Shown here one piece after another: positions 32,383-41,418 of a stretch of DNA of 64,000 bases. The position numbers and the translations under genes are program-made. The stretch lies in IMG/VR virus record IMGVR_UViG_3300020595_000014. One strand, 5' to 3'. Under the pieces are notes generated by a model. It ran no database searches, was not told the origin of the DNA, and saw nothing but the letters and a program-made list of their open reading frames with translations. Position 1 is the stretch's first letter, and every line of letters begins with the position of its first letter. The DNA comes from an uncultured virus (IMG/VR IMGVR_UViG_3300020595_000014) (taxonomy: Duplodnaviria > Heunggongvirae > Uroviricota > Caudoviricetes).

Positions 32383-34230
32383 TTAGTATGTTTTATTTAT
32401 AACCTGACCTGAATTTACAGTATCTTCAGTACCGTCACCCCAATTAATGATAACATCACCACTTGAGGTGGTTATCTTGAAACCTGTAATTGTAGAGCCT
32501 CCTGGTGATTCGAAGCTCCAGAGAGCGAGATCATTAGGCCACACTCTTGTTGAATCAAGATAAGCTGCGGTAACTTGAAGAGCACCAACCTTAAGATTAT
32601 CAGCTAAATTTAGAACTGGTGATGTATTTGGCGCTGACGGTGGCTGTATTGCTACGACACGAAAACCGACGCCGGCGATCTCGTAGTCCGGGGGGTGGAT
32701 GGTGCTGCGGAAGGACGACTGCAAGTCGAGGGAGGAGGAATACCAGGCGCCGCCGCGGATGACACGAGCTCCATTAGTATCATTGTTTAAACCGTCCGAT
32801 GTCGATTCGTTCCACTCGTACGTATTACCGCCTTGAGCCATCGTACCATACGGACTAAGCCCGCCGGCTAGATCTACATCAGCAGGACCTGGTGGGTTTG
32901 GATTCACTCCGTCAATGTATACCGCAGTGTCAGGGAGTGTACCTTCGGTTGTTGTTGCTGGAGCACTATTGCTTCCTGTTGGGTATGTATAATACACTCC
33001 CCCACCATAATATGCTGCTTTATACCACTCATCTTCACTTGGCAAAAAGTACTTAGCATCTCTATGCCTAAAGAGATTTTCACCACCTAGTTGCCAGGCA
33101 TCAGCACTATCCCAAGGAGTAATATTACTAGTAATATCATCATCAAGAAATAGATATGCTGGCAATCTAGACTCTTTAATATTGAGCCAGTTTACATATC
33201 TCGCACACTCATTCCAAGTTACGTCTGTTGCTGGTTTATTAGCACCACGACTATCTTTTGTAATAAGTGTGTTCGCGTTAATTGGATCGGCATTATAAGC
33301 ATCAATCTCAGACTCAGGAGCTTCGAACTTACTTATTTGGTATTCGTAACTAACAGCACCATACCCAGTAGTGTCATCGACATTACTAGTATTAGCAATT
33401 GTAACAAATTGATTCGGCACTAGTGGTCGCGGAGGTGCTGGAGCTGACACTTTTGCGACACGAAGACCTACCGAAGGGCTCCCGGTTTGTGCACCGGCAA
33501 ACGCACGTGAGGTATTTATCAAGGTGTTTGAAAGGGTACCAGAGCTACCGCCACGGTATACCCGATTAGCAAAGACGTTAACGTTAGCGCCATCAAAAGT
33601 ATTCTCCGTATGTTCGTATACATTACCACCTTGTCCCATTGTACCATAAGGACTGAGCCCACCAGCCTCTGTGACATCAGCTGGGCTTAAAGGTGTTACA
33701 CCGGCACCGACATATACCGCGGTATCATCAACAGTTCCAGATGTTACAGCTGTTGGAGCAGTATCGGATCCTGTTGGATATAACCAATAACCAGCGTTAG
33801 TGCCGCCACCCTTATAATAAGCGGCTTTATACCACTCATTTTCGTTCGGTATAAAGTATTTTGCGTCTTTATGTCTAAAGAGATTCTCACCATCAAGCTG
33901 CCATGCTTCGCCAGAAGTCCAAAGATCAATATATTCATTAATGCCGGGTAGAGCAAAATTATACGCTGGTTGAGCTCCATCATTTATATTAAGCCAGTTA
34001 ACATAACGAGCACATTCGTTCCAAGTTATGTCTGTAGCTGGTTTATCAGTACCACGACTATCTATTGTAATCAGACGAGTGCTATTTGCAGGGTCAGCAT
34101 TATATTCAGCAATGTTACCTTCAGTAATTTCAAACTTACTAATATCATATGCATATGATACATCACCATAGCCGGTGGTATCAACAGCGTTACCTTCATC
34201 GCCAATAGTTACAAACGTTAAAACACTCAT
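32383..34230 (-). CDS. tandem FGE-sulfatase/C-type-lectin-fold protein, putative DGR target
   Basis: two domains, each with FVTI..DTTGYG, P.E.EWYKAAYY, SPYGTM.QGGN.YE, RGG and VG.RV motifs. Confidence 0.85.
   Translation of the reverse strand: MSVLTFVTIGDEGNAVDTTGYGDVSYAYDISKFEITEGNIAEYNADPANSTRLITIDSRGTDKPATDITWNECARYVNWLNINDGAQPAYNFALPGINEYIDLWTSGEAWQLDGENLFRHKDAKYFIPNENEWYKAAYYKGGGTNAGYWLYPTGSDTAPTAVTSGTVDDTAVYVGAGVTPLSPADVTEAGGLSPYGTMGQGGNVYEHTENTFDGANVNVFANRVYRGGSSGTLSNTLINTSRAFAGAQTGSPSVGLRVAKVSAPAPPRPLVPNQFVTIANTSNVDDTTGYGAVSYEYQISKFEAPESEIDAYNADPINANTLITKDSRGANKPATDVTWNECARYVNWLNIKESRLPAYLFLDDDITSNITPWDSADAWQLGGENLFRHRDAKYFLPSEDEWYKAAYYGGGVYYTYPTGSNSAPATTTEGTLPDTAVYIDGVNPNPPGPADVDLAGGLSPYGTMAQGGNTYEWNESTSDGLNNDTNGARVIRGGAWYSSSLDLQSSFRSTIHPPDYEIAGVGFRVVAIQPPSAPNTSPVLNLADNLKVGALQVTAAYLDSTRVWPNDLALWSFESPGGSTITGFKITTSSGDVIINWGDGTEDTVNSGQVINKTY
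32656..32763 (-). other. putative DGR variable region (VR)
   Basis: 108 bp at 71/108 GC; 26 of 36 codons end in C, none in A; covers RGGAW...GFRV. Confidence 0.7.
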
Positions 34231-34231
34231 A

Positions 34232-34756
34232 TTATCCTACGATTATGTAAAGTATGGTCGGGTCAGGTGTACCTATAGCATCATATTGCGCTTGAGTTAG
34301 TCTTTGTATAAATTCAACACCTCCTCCGTTCTGTATGAACTGACCTTTGTAGGCAAAAATGTCGCCAAGATTTTCACCTGCAGATAATATATCCCCGGTT
34401 GTGACATCCAGGTCACCGCCGATGATTTCAACGTCTTCATTGAATTCTGAAGGACCTTCTACGACGAGATCATCTGTTACTTGAAATTCAATGCGCCCAG
34501 CTTCTTCACCGATGGCAGTCCGTGCACTGGTCATTATAACATCACCAAAAAATTCTGACGTACCACTAAAGGTTGCACCACCAGTAACATTTATAAAGGG
34601 TGCTGCTGATAAGGTAAACTCTTGTATTGAAGATAGCGTGGTCTGCACGGTATCAATACCTGTGACCGTAAGAGTAGACTCCTGATCCATAACAAGAGCT
34701 TCAGTGCCTATCAAGGGTGTACTAATCGGTAGGTCGGTTATACGTTTATTAGCCAT
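34232..34756 (-). CDS. fibre-associated structural protein
   Basis: NKRITDLP N-terminus; C-terminal LTQAQYDAIGTPDPTILYII motif common in phage tail proteins. Confidence 0.65.
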   Translation of the reverse strand: MANKRITDLPISTPLIGTEALVMDQESTLTVTGIDTVQTTLSSIQEFTLSAAPFINVTGGATFSGTSEFFGDVIMTSARTAIGEEAGRIEFQVTDDLVVEGPSEFNEDVEIIGGDLDVTTGDILSAGENLGDIFAYKGQFIQNGGGVEFIQRLTQAQYDAIGTPDPTILYIIVG

Positions 34757-34839
34757 ATGTACTAATATTTATTTAATGTAACGGGTATTACTGCACATTT
34801 GTGCAGATATAGTAACCGGAACACCGTTATAATGGGTAT

Positions 34840-35001
34840 ATGAAAAATAAGAAATCTCAGCGTATCGAAAATACATCGATAAAGCGCCGGAATCTAGTGA
34901 GACATCCGATGCCACAGCCGAGTTTTTCTTTCGCAGATAAGAAAAAGCGAGAATCTCAGAAAAAATGCCGGAAAAATAATTGTAGTCGTGAGGGAAATTA
35001 A
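34840..35001 (+). CDS. small basic protein, 53 aa (below ORF-track cutoff)
   Basis: ATG 6 nt after GGAAC-N5-TATAAT (34818); MKNKKSQRIENTSIKRRNLVRHPMPQPSFSFADKKKRESQKKCRK... Confidence 0.55.
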   Translation: MKNKKSQRIENTSIKRRNLVRHPMPQPSFSFADKKKRESQKKCRKNNCSREGN

Positions 35002-35057
35002 CCGGAACACCGATATAATTAAAGGGAAGAAAGAAACAACAACAACCAATTAATATA

Positions 35058-35978
35058 ATGAATCTAGGATACGAAACAACGCAATTCCAATCTGTTAGCA
35101 ATATCAAGATACCGGACCTCTTTTATCGCCGTTATAAATCAGGTATAGAGACCATCGATGATCTATTCGGCGAAGGTGTTCTGCCTGGTAGTGCAATTAC
35201 AATGACTGCTCCTGCAGGCTGTGGTAAGACTACTCTCCTATTGCAGATGCTTGAAGGCTTATCTAAGCAAGGTTACGAGACTGCTTATGCTTCAGGTGAA
35301 GAAAGTTCTGTGCAGTTAGCTTTTACGTGTAATCGTATTAAAGTTAAGAACGTTAAGGTTGCTAATGAGACTGATATAGATACTCTATGTGAAGTTATGA
35401 AGCAATTCGATGTTCTAGTTGTTGATTCTTTCCAGGCCTTAACTTCCAAGAAGAAGATGAATCGAGCTGAGCTCGAGCGCTATGCAGTAAGCCGTTTGAC
35501 GCGCGCTGCTAAAGATACAGAGTGTACTGTATTCTTCGTTATGCACCTTACTAAAGACGGTAAGCTAAAAGGTAGTACTATTGTACCGCATACTGTTGAT
35601 GTTAATATGGAAATCGCGATCGAGGGTGAATTCGAAGATGGTCTTCGTAAGATTCACTTTAGTAAGAATCGTTTTGGAGCCTTGAATGAGGTAACTTTAT
35701 CTCTCGGACATGGAGGATACGATTTCGGTAACCCTGTTAAGATTGAAGATGCTGATAAAGCTCCTTCAAAGAAAAGCCGGAAGCAGGTAGAGTTCGAAGC
35801 TATACTTGATATGAAAGAGCCGCCTCATATTAGTATCGATCGTGTTATGGATAAGCTTGACTGCGACTACAATACTGCATATAACCGCTTACGTGAGCTA
35901 GTATTGAATAATAAGCTCGAGAAGTTTGGTAAAGGTAAGAATTCCATCTACAAGCATGCAATGGTATCAGCAGTTTAA
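35058..35978 (+). CDS. RadA/Sms-like RecA-family ATPase with C-terminal HTH-like region
   Basis: APAGCGKTTLLLQ, YASGEES, VVDSFQ, HLTKDG, HTVD and KNRFG motifs. Confidence 0.8.
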   Translation: MNLGYETTQFQSVSNIKIPDLFYRRYKSGIETIDDLFGEGVLPGSAITMTAPAGCGKTTLLLQMLEGLSKQGYETAYASGEESSVQLAFTCNRIKVKNVKVANETDIDTLCEVMKQFDVLVVDSFQALTSKKKMNRAELERYAVSRLTRAAKDTECTVFFVMHLTKDGKLKGSTIVPHTVDVNMEIAIEGEFEDGLRKIHFSKNRFGALNEVTLSLGHGGYDFGNPVKIEDADKAPSKKSRKQVEFEAILDMKEPPHISIDRVMDKLDCDYNTAYNRLRELVLNNKLEKFGKGKNSIYKHAMVSAV

Positions 35979-36069
35979 AGGAAAAAGACCTTGAACAAAG
36001 AGGAACTACGGTATAATTAAAGAGTAAGAAGGAACGATTCCTTCAGCAATAAACTAAAAAAACAAAAAT

Positions 36070-37074
36070 ATGGGACATAATATCACAAATAGGGATCAAC
36101 AGCACGGATTAAAGCAAGCCTGGCACCGGTTGACGAGGGTAAAGGAAAAAATTGACCCGAATGACAATTACCTAACATCGTGGGATGTTGAGCGACGCAC
36201 TCTCTCGTTCGAAGTGGATGGTGAAGATGTTGATTCAGGATTCGATATCCTGGTCGGTAGTGATGATGAGCAGTTAATTGGTAAGCCGATGTCAAAGGCA
36301 TACAAAGAAATTTCGAATGAATCATTTATGGATCTCGTCAGCGATGCAATGAATAGACTGCCTAAGGCAAAGCTTGAGAGTGTAGGTTCGGTTAGTAACC
36401 GTGGTAAGGTTTTCGCAACTATCAGCCTCAGTGATCATAAAGATTACAATATTGGTGACCGTAAGTTTCAAGACTTCCTAAATTTCGGTAACGCTCATGA
36501 TCAAAGCTCTCGTCTATGGATCAACAATACGAATATATGTACTGTATGTGAGAATACGTTCAACTTCAACCTACGGAGTAATGAAGGCTTAGTTGGTTCA
36601 GCTGTGCACCGCGGGGACGTCGAGCTTAAGCTAGCCGATTTAACAGTATTAGTAGATGAGTTTCTCGGCACACAGGAAGATTTCAAAACCAAATTCGATA
36701 AACTCCTACAACGTCGCATTGACCTTGAAAAAGCTCAGCAGCTGTATACAGGCTTCCTCACTCGCAATAATCCCAGGGAGCGTGCGAGTGCCCGGTGCCT
36801 CAACACAGTTGAACGTCTTGGTGAGTTATTTACTAGGGGTGCAGGTAACCGTGGAGAGAACTACGCTGATGCGTTCTCTGCAGTCACTGACTACTACACA
36901 CATAGTAGTACGCGTGGGGGTGGTAAGAATAAAGCTAGCCAGTATTATTCGTCTGAGCACGGGTTAGGTCGCATGAATAAAAATGCATTCTGGACAGTGG
37001 TTAACAATCGCGAGCTTTGTGAGAAGACAATTCAACGAGGTAAAAAGTTTCTAGACCTTGCATCAATCAACTAG
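36070..37074 (+). CDS. DUF932/DUF945-like protein
   Basis: AWHRL, NAHD, VCENT, FSAVTDYYTH motifs. Confidence 0.75.
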   Translation: MGHNITNRDQQHGLKQAWHRLTRVKEKIDPNDNYLTSWDVERRTLSFEVDGEDVDSGFDILVGSDDEQLIGKPMSKAYKEISNESFMDLVSDAMNRLPKAKLESVGSVSNRGKVFATISLSDHKDYNIGDRKFQDFLNFGNAHDQSSRLWINNTNICTVCENTFNFNLRSNEGLVGSAVHRGDVELKLADLTVLVDEFLGTQEDFKTKFDKLLQRRIDLEKAQQLYTGFLTRNNPRERASARCLNTVERLGELFTRGAGNRGENYADAFSAVTDYYTHSSTRGGGKNKASQYYSSEHGLGRMNKNAFWTVVNNRELCEKTIQRGKKFLDLASIN

Positions 37075-37113
37075 GAGCGACTATATAATAAGACAAGTAA
37101 TAAAGATATATAT

Positions 37114-37299
37114 ATGAATAATATTAAAACAGAAGGTTACACTTTTACTCTTAATCCAGATACGGGCGTGGTTATAGTGTATGCAGATAAAGACGCAATG
37201 GATCCTGTGTATGTTGGTGTTAATGGTAATATCACAGATCAGAAATCTTTCGAGATTGAAGTTGCGTATATCCTTAATGAGCTACCCTCATGTCAGTAG
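37114..37299 (+). CDS. hypothetical protein
   Basis: ORF in co-oriented run. Confidence 0.55.
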   Translation: MNNIKTEGYTFTLNPDTGVVIVYADKDAMDPVYVGVNGNITDQKSFEIEVAYILNELPSCQ

Positions 37300-37520
37300 G
37301 CCGAATACTTGAAGTTGTTAAGAGAGGTCATACTCATCTCGTTAAGTTTGACCTTGAAGCAACCTATAACATGGATGAATTCAGAGATTTTGTTACAATG
37401 AAAGAGAGTAATCTTAAGATCAGTAACCGCACGTTAAAGCACAAGTTCGGCGCAGATTTATACGTACATCTCGACTTAGCTTATAACCTATTAAAAGAAG
37501 TTGCTATTAGCGACGAATAA
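37290..37520 (+). CDS. hypothetical protein
   Basis: ORF in co-oriented run. Confidence 0.5.
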   Translation: MSVGRILEVVKRGHTHLVKFDLEATYNMDEFRDFVTMKESNLKISNRTLKHKFGADLYVHLDLAYNLLKEVAISDE

Positions 37521-37534
37521 TATATAATACAATT

Positions 37535-37738
37535 ATGCAACCAAAATATAGAAAAGGTCAAACAATTAACTATAAGTCAGGGGAGCACTTTCACTCTTAT
37601 GGTGAGGTAATTAATATAGAAGAAAAAACGATCTCAGGTAAGACTGAAGTAGTCTATCTTGTATCAGAAGGTAATGGTGGGCAGAGAATGACTTATGTTA
37701 ATCAGTCTGATATTCTGACCCTACTCACCGAGGATTAA
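37535..37738 (+). CDS. hypothetical protein (SH3-like)
   Basis: PKYRKGQTI...GEV pattern. Confidence 0.55.
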   Translation: MQPKYRKGQTINYKSGEHFHSYGEVINIEEKTISGKTEVVYLVSEGNGGQRMTYVNQSDILTLLTED

Positions 37739-37750
37739 ATCATACGCATC

Positions 37751-38092
37751 ATGCCGCGACACAGTAAAGCTACAATATTAATCCTTGGCTATGTATGTAT
37801 AGTCACCACCCTACTCATCATTGTTTTTAAGCCATGGGAGGTCGTAAAGGCTACTCCGCAGACTAGAGCTACTCCTACTGCTTTAATAGATAGTAATTCT
37901 ATTATTACACCTGAGTCTGATTTACCTCTCCCCAGGTTACCAGTCGCGGAGGTCGAAGAAGAAGGTATATATAACTATGTAGATCATATTAGGTATCTAC
38001 CTGAACAATCAGCTGTCGTAGAAGAAGTGGAAACTAAACCAAAAAAGAAGAAGCGCTGGTTCAGGTTTGCTAGTCCAGCACGGCAGCAATAA
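37751..38092 (+). CDS. membrane-anchored hypothetical protein
   Basis: N-terminal hydrophobic helix. Confidence 0.55.
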   Translation: MPRHSKATILILGYVCIVTTLLIIVFKPWEVVKATPQTRATPTALIDSNSIITPESDLPLPRLPVAEVEEEGIYNYVDHIRYLPEQSAVVEEVETKPKKKKRWFRFASPARQQ

Positions 38093-38101
38093 CGCTCCAT
38101 T

Positions 38102-38332
38102 ATGGAACACCAATACAATTATAGTATGGGATTAGATCAAAAAGAAACAGACCTCGAGGTAATTAAGCGCCGTAATTACGAAAATACTTTCATTGAAGAG
38201 CAAGCAGAAAATATACAATCGTTAGGTGTCCAGAACATTATTACCAAGTACGGTACTGATGATATCGATAAGATCGATAGACTGTGGTTCAGTGTATTGC
38301 GTAAGATGATCGATAACTATATGATCAAGTAG
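38102..38332 (+). CDS. hypothetical protein
   Basis: ORF in co-oriented run. Confidence 0.5.
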   Translation: MEHQYNYSMGLDQKETDLEVIKRRNYENTFIEEQAENIQSLGVQNIITKYGTDDIDKIDRLWFSVLRKMIDNYMIK

Positions 38333-38454
38333 GAATTTCGAACGTATAGGCTACTACGTTACTGTAGTCTGTGGCTGGCTCCGGCTGAGAGTGATAGCGT
38401 AAGCAATGATTCACAGGGCAATTTATTTAAAAGGAACACCGATATAATAATAGT

Positions 38455-38703
38455 ATGATACAAACAATTAGAAGGTATAAAGGGTTAGCTAATAAAGAGC
38501 TTACCGTGGCGTATAAGAAGATTAGCAGAGACCTTGATAGAGCGTATAGTAAGGCTTTAGGCGAGGCTGAGAGAATGGCTGATAATATGGAAGAGCATAA
38601 ACCATCTAATATTAAGAAGCTTGAGAAGCTCGATGAAGTAGTATGTTGTCTTCAGACTGAACTGGATGCAATTGGTATGCTCAAAACTGGACGATTCAAT
38701 TAA
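38455..38703 (+). CDS. hypothetical protein
   Basis: ATG 6 nt after the repeat promoter at 38433. Confidence 0.65.
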   Translation: MIQTIRRYKGLANKELTVAYKKISRDLDRAYSKALGEAERMADNMEEHKPSNIKKLEKLDEVVCCLQTELDAIGMLKTGRFN

Positions 38704-38704
38704 T

Positions 38705-38902
38705 ATGAAAATGATTATTAAGTTTAAAACTAAAAAGGCGTATGATACATGTCATACATTTATTAACGGAAACGGGTTCTGTTTTAGGACGCGCGGAGAG
38801 GAAAAGATGATTGAATTCTTCTATGAGTATACGATGCTAGATGTCGCAGGGTTCTGTAGTGGTATGCTAGGACTTGAGGGTGATTTTGAAATTGTAGTAT
38901 AG
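38705..38902 (+). CDS. hypothetical protein
   Basis: ATG right after the upstream stop. Confidence 0.5.
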   Translation: MKMIIKFKTKKAYDTCHTFINGNGFCFRTRGEEKMIEFFYEYTMLDVAGFCSGMLGLEGDFEIVV

Positions 38903-38904
38903 TT

Positions 38905-39129
38905 ATGGCAATGATTTATACTAACAAGTCGATTGAAAAGGAGAAGCAAGCCCATCAATATAAGCAGCTGCTAGCCGATGAACACCATCAACTAGCTCTC
39001 GACAAGGCTATGCTATTAGACTTCGTACATCTTGTAGTTGCTGGTAAGCGACGCTCCGGAGAGTATAGCAACAGCCGAGACGATCTTCGCGTAAAGGCGG
39101 GTGAAGTATTAACAGAATTAAAACTTTAA
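38905..39129 (+). CDS. hypothetical protein
   Basis: ORF in co-oriented run. Confidence 0.5.
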   Translation: MAMIYTNKSIEKEKQAHQYKQLLADEHHQLALDKAMLLDFVHLVVAGKRRSGEYSNSRDDLRVKAGEVLTELKL

Positions 39130-39133
39130 ATAC

Positions 39134-39424
39134 ATGTACACGCTCAAGCGCATAAAAAAGTTCTGCTTACATAGCTACGAAACTGATCGTGCTGCCTTTG
39201 CGTGTGAGTTGGTAAGTTTGGTCTTCGCTGTTATTGCTAGTTTAATGCTTGCGTTAACAGCTGAAGCGCCTAACATGGCATATATATACCCAGGGTTCTT
39301 TGTTAGTTGTACTGCTGCAACGTACGGGTACTATAAGCGCAAGCTTGCCTGGCCAATGATACTAACTTCGTACTATATGGTAGTAAATATATTTGGAATG
39401 GGAGTAGTGTATGGAGTATGGTAA
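39134..39424 (+). CDS. small membrane protein (3 predicted TM)
   Basis: three hydrophobic segments. Confidence 0.6.
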   Translation: MYTLKRIKKFCLHSYETDRAAFACELVSLVFAVIASLMLALTAEAPNMAYIYPGFFVSCTAATYGYYKRKLAWPMILTSYYMVVNIFGMGVVYGVW

Positions 39425-39442
39425 TCCTCTAAATAATAATAT

Positions 39443-39646
39443 ATGAATATACTAGCACAGATAGAACAATTGGTTGATGATAAGTTTCATCAAAACATGA
39501 TGGACGCTGCCGTAGTAGTTGAAAAGACACCAGTCAGTTTCTTTGTAAAAACTGCTGCCCTTTTTGCAGGTACTATTATATTAGCTTTTCTTTTTAGACA
39601 GTGGAAGATTAGTAGAATAAAGAAAAAGAAATCCCAAGACAAATAA
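39443..39646 (+). CDS. small membrane protein
   Basis: TAAATA upstream; one TM segment and a basic tail. Confidence 0.55.
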   Translation: MNILAQIEQLVDDKFHQNMMDAAVVVEKTPVSFFVKTAALFAGTIILAFLFRQWKISRIKKKKSQDK

Positions 39647-39659
39647 AAATTAATATAAA

Positions 39660-39745
39660 GGGTAGGTACTCAAGTGGCCAACGAGGGGAGACTGTAAATC
39701 TCCTGGCTATCGCCTTCGCTGGTTCGAATCCAGCCCTGCCCACCA
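39660..39745 (+). tRNA. tRNA-Tyr(GTA)
   Basis: GGGTAGG/CCTGCCC acceptor stem, GGAGA-CTGTAAA-TCTCC, GGTTCGAATCC, encoded CCA. Confidence 0.95.
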
Positions 39746-39754
39746 ATATAATAA

Positions 39755-40027
39755 ATGAAGTTCGTAAGACTACATAAACTACCTGAAGATCATATTCTCC
39801 GGAATACATCAGTAGTGGGTTTCGCGAGCAGGACGTATGAGTGTCATGGTAAAGGTAAATATGATTGGAGCATGTGGAAGCGGGTCGGGGCGGATTGGCC
39901 GATTGCGTCAAAGACGTATAATGAACTAGGAGAGGTATGGAAGACGAAACCAATCTCGGAGTGGAGACCAACTAAAGAATTAGAAGAAAAATATCAACAA
40001 AGTGCGCCTATAGTTAAACGGATATAA
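39755..40027 (+). CDS. hypothetical protein between tRNAs
   Basis: 90 aa ORF filling the gap. Confidence 0.5.
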   Translation: MKFVRLHKLPEDHILRNTSVVGFASRTYECHGKGKYDWSMWKRVGADWPIASKTYNELGEVWKTKPISEWRPTKELEEKYQQSAPIVKRI

Positions 40028-40029
40028 AT

Positions 40030-40106
40030 GCACCAGTAGCTCAGTTGGATAGAGCAACGGATTTCTAATCCGTGGGTCGGGGATTCGAGTTCCTCCTGGT
40101 GTACCA
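40030..40106 (+). tRNA. tRNA-Arg(TCT)
   Basis: GCACCAG/CTGGTGT, ACGGA-TTTCTAA-TCCGT, TTCGAG, CCA. Confidence 0.93.
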
Positions 40107-40126
40107 TTTTACATAAATATATATAT

Positions 40127-40348
40127 ATGAGTGAAGAAACAAATACAACAACACAAGAGGTAGTTGAATGTAAGCATAGCTTTGTGCAAGATAGTATAAT
40201 GACTCGACTTAAGCAAGAGAGCACATGGCGTGGTATTATTACCGTCGCTACTTTATTGGGATGGCGTCTCGCTCCAGATCAAGTAGAAGCTATTATTACC
40301 ACAGGGGCAGGTTTGGTCGCTGCAATTAATGTTCTTAAACATGATTAA
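40127..40348 (+). CDS. putative holin-like membrane protein
   Basis: RLKQESTWRGII plus two hydrophobic helices; TAAATA upstream. Confidence 0.55.
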   Translation: MSEETNTTTQEVVECKHSFVQDSIMTRLKQESTWRGIITVATLLGWRLAPDQVEAIITTGAGLVAAINVLKHD

Positions 40349-40512
40349 TAATAAAAATATATGGTTCGAGGTGGGTATACATCTTTTTATTATGCTCGCT
40401 ATCATACCCGCGACAATCTTTGCATGTTTAATTACAATAAAATCAATGCTATTTGCGTATCCTGAGTATGTATATAATGCATATGCATCTAGATTTTATA
40501 ATTGGAAGTAAT

Positions 40513-40722
40513 ATGGAGAGGCGCTTACATATAGAGCAGGAAGACGCTAATAAGTTCTTCGAATACTTAATTAAGTTAAGTGAAGAGAGTGGGAAAACAT
40601 ACCCGGATCAATACCCGCACGCTATATTAGCAGATACTTATGGTCTAGGGCTCGGTCAAGCTGAAGAGCTTTACTTAAATTGGCTGGATATGAGAAGATT
40701 TCAAGCCGGAACACCGTTATAA
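40513..40722 (+). CDS. hypothetical protein
   Basis: ends inside the promoter repeat at 40708. Confidence 0.5.
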   Translation: MERRLHIEQEDANKFFEYLIKLSEESGKTYPDQYPHAILADTYGLGLGQAEELYLNWLDMRRFQAGTPL

Positions 40723-40856
40723 TAGTGGTAAGAGCGACATAAAAGAAAAGTCGATTCGAGTATCTGACAGATCTATGTTAAAGGTGATAATTCCGGAACG
40801 GAACACCGATATAATTATAGAGAAGAAAGAAACAATAACAACCAACTATTATAACA

Positions 40857-41384
40857 ATGAGCAAAGTATTAGACTATAAGCATTCGTCGACAGAGATCGA
40901 CTTCAGTAAAGCATCCGCAGCCTCTAAGATCGGAGAAAAGAATGATTGTTCAGTCCGAGCAATCGCAACTGCAGTAGGCGTAACTTATGACGCTGCTCAC
41001 AGATATATGAAAGATGTCATAGGTCGAAAGGACCGTAAGGGCGCAAAGGGTATGACTGATAAGCTCGAAGCTTTCACTGATCATGATAACCCTGTCCAAA
41101 CAGCAGGTGATATTAATTTTAAATACAAAAAAATACCTACTGTTAGCCTCTGCAATGAGTATAAGCTCCGCGGAGAGATAGTGCATCGTAAGAAGACTGT
41201 TAAGTCGTTCATCGATGCCTTCCGCAAGGGTACATTTCTAGTATTTGTATCTAAACACGTATTCACTGTTAAGGATGGTGTACTCATCGACAACTATGGC
41301 GAAGAGTTTCGACCTACTCGTAAGGTGCTTAATGCGTTCAGAGTCGATGTTGTGCCTGGTGAAACTCAATTAGAACTCTTCTAA
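40857..41384 (+). CDS. phage protein with DCSVRAI..H motif (papain-like fold?)
   Basis: NDCSVRAIA and KHVFTVKDG motifs. Confidence 0.55.
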   Translation: MSKVLDYKHSSTEIDFSKASAASKIGEKNDCSVRAIATAVGVTYDAAHRYMKDVIGRKDRKGAKGMTDKLEAFTDHDNPVQTAGDINFKYKKIPTVSLCNEYKLRGEIVHRKKTVKSFIDAFRKGTFLVFVSKHVFTVKDGVLIDNYGEEFRPTRKVLNAFRVDVVPGETQLELF

Positions 41385-41418
41385 GGTATATATAAAGGAA
41401 CATCAATATAATAATAAT

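Noticed and set aside
34769..35107. 112-aa minus-strand ORF
   Set aside because: Overlaps two plus-strand promoter repeats, the 53-aa ORF and the ATPase start
38380..38416. CTGAGAG as a hammerhead core or HDV/theta ribozyme
   Set aside because: No GAAA core strand and no convincing P1/P1.1 pairing; kept only as a generic structured segment
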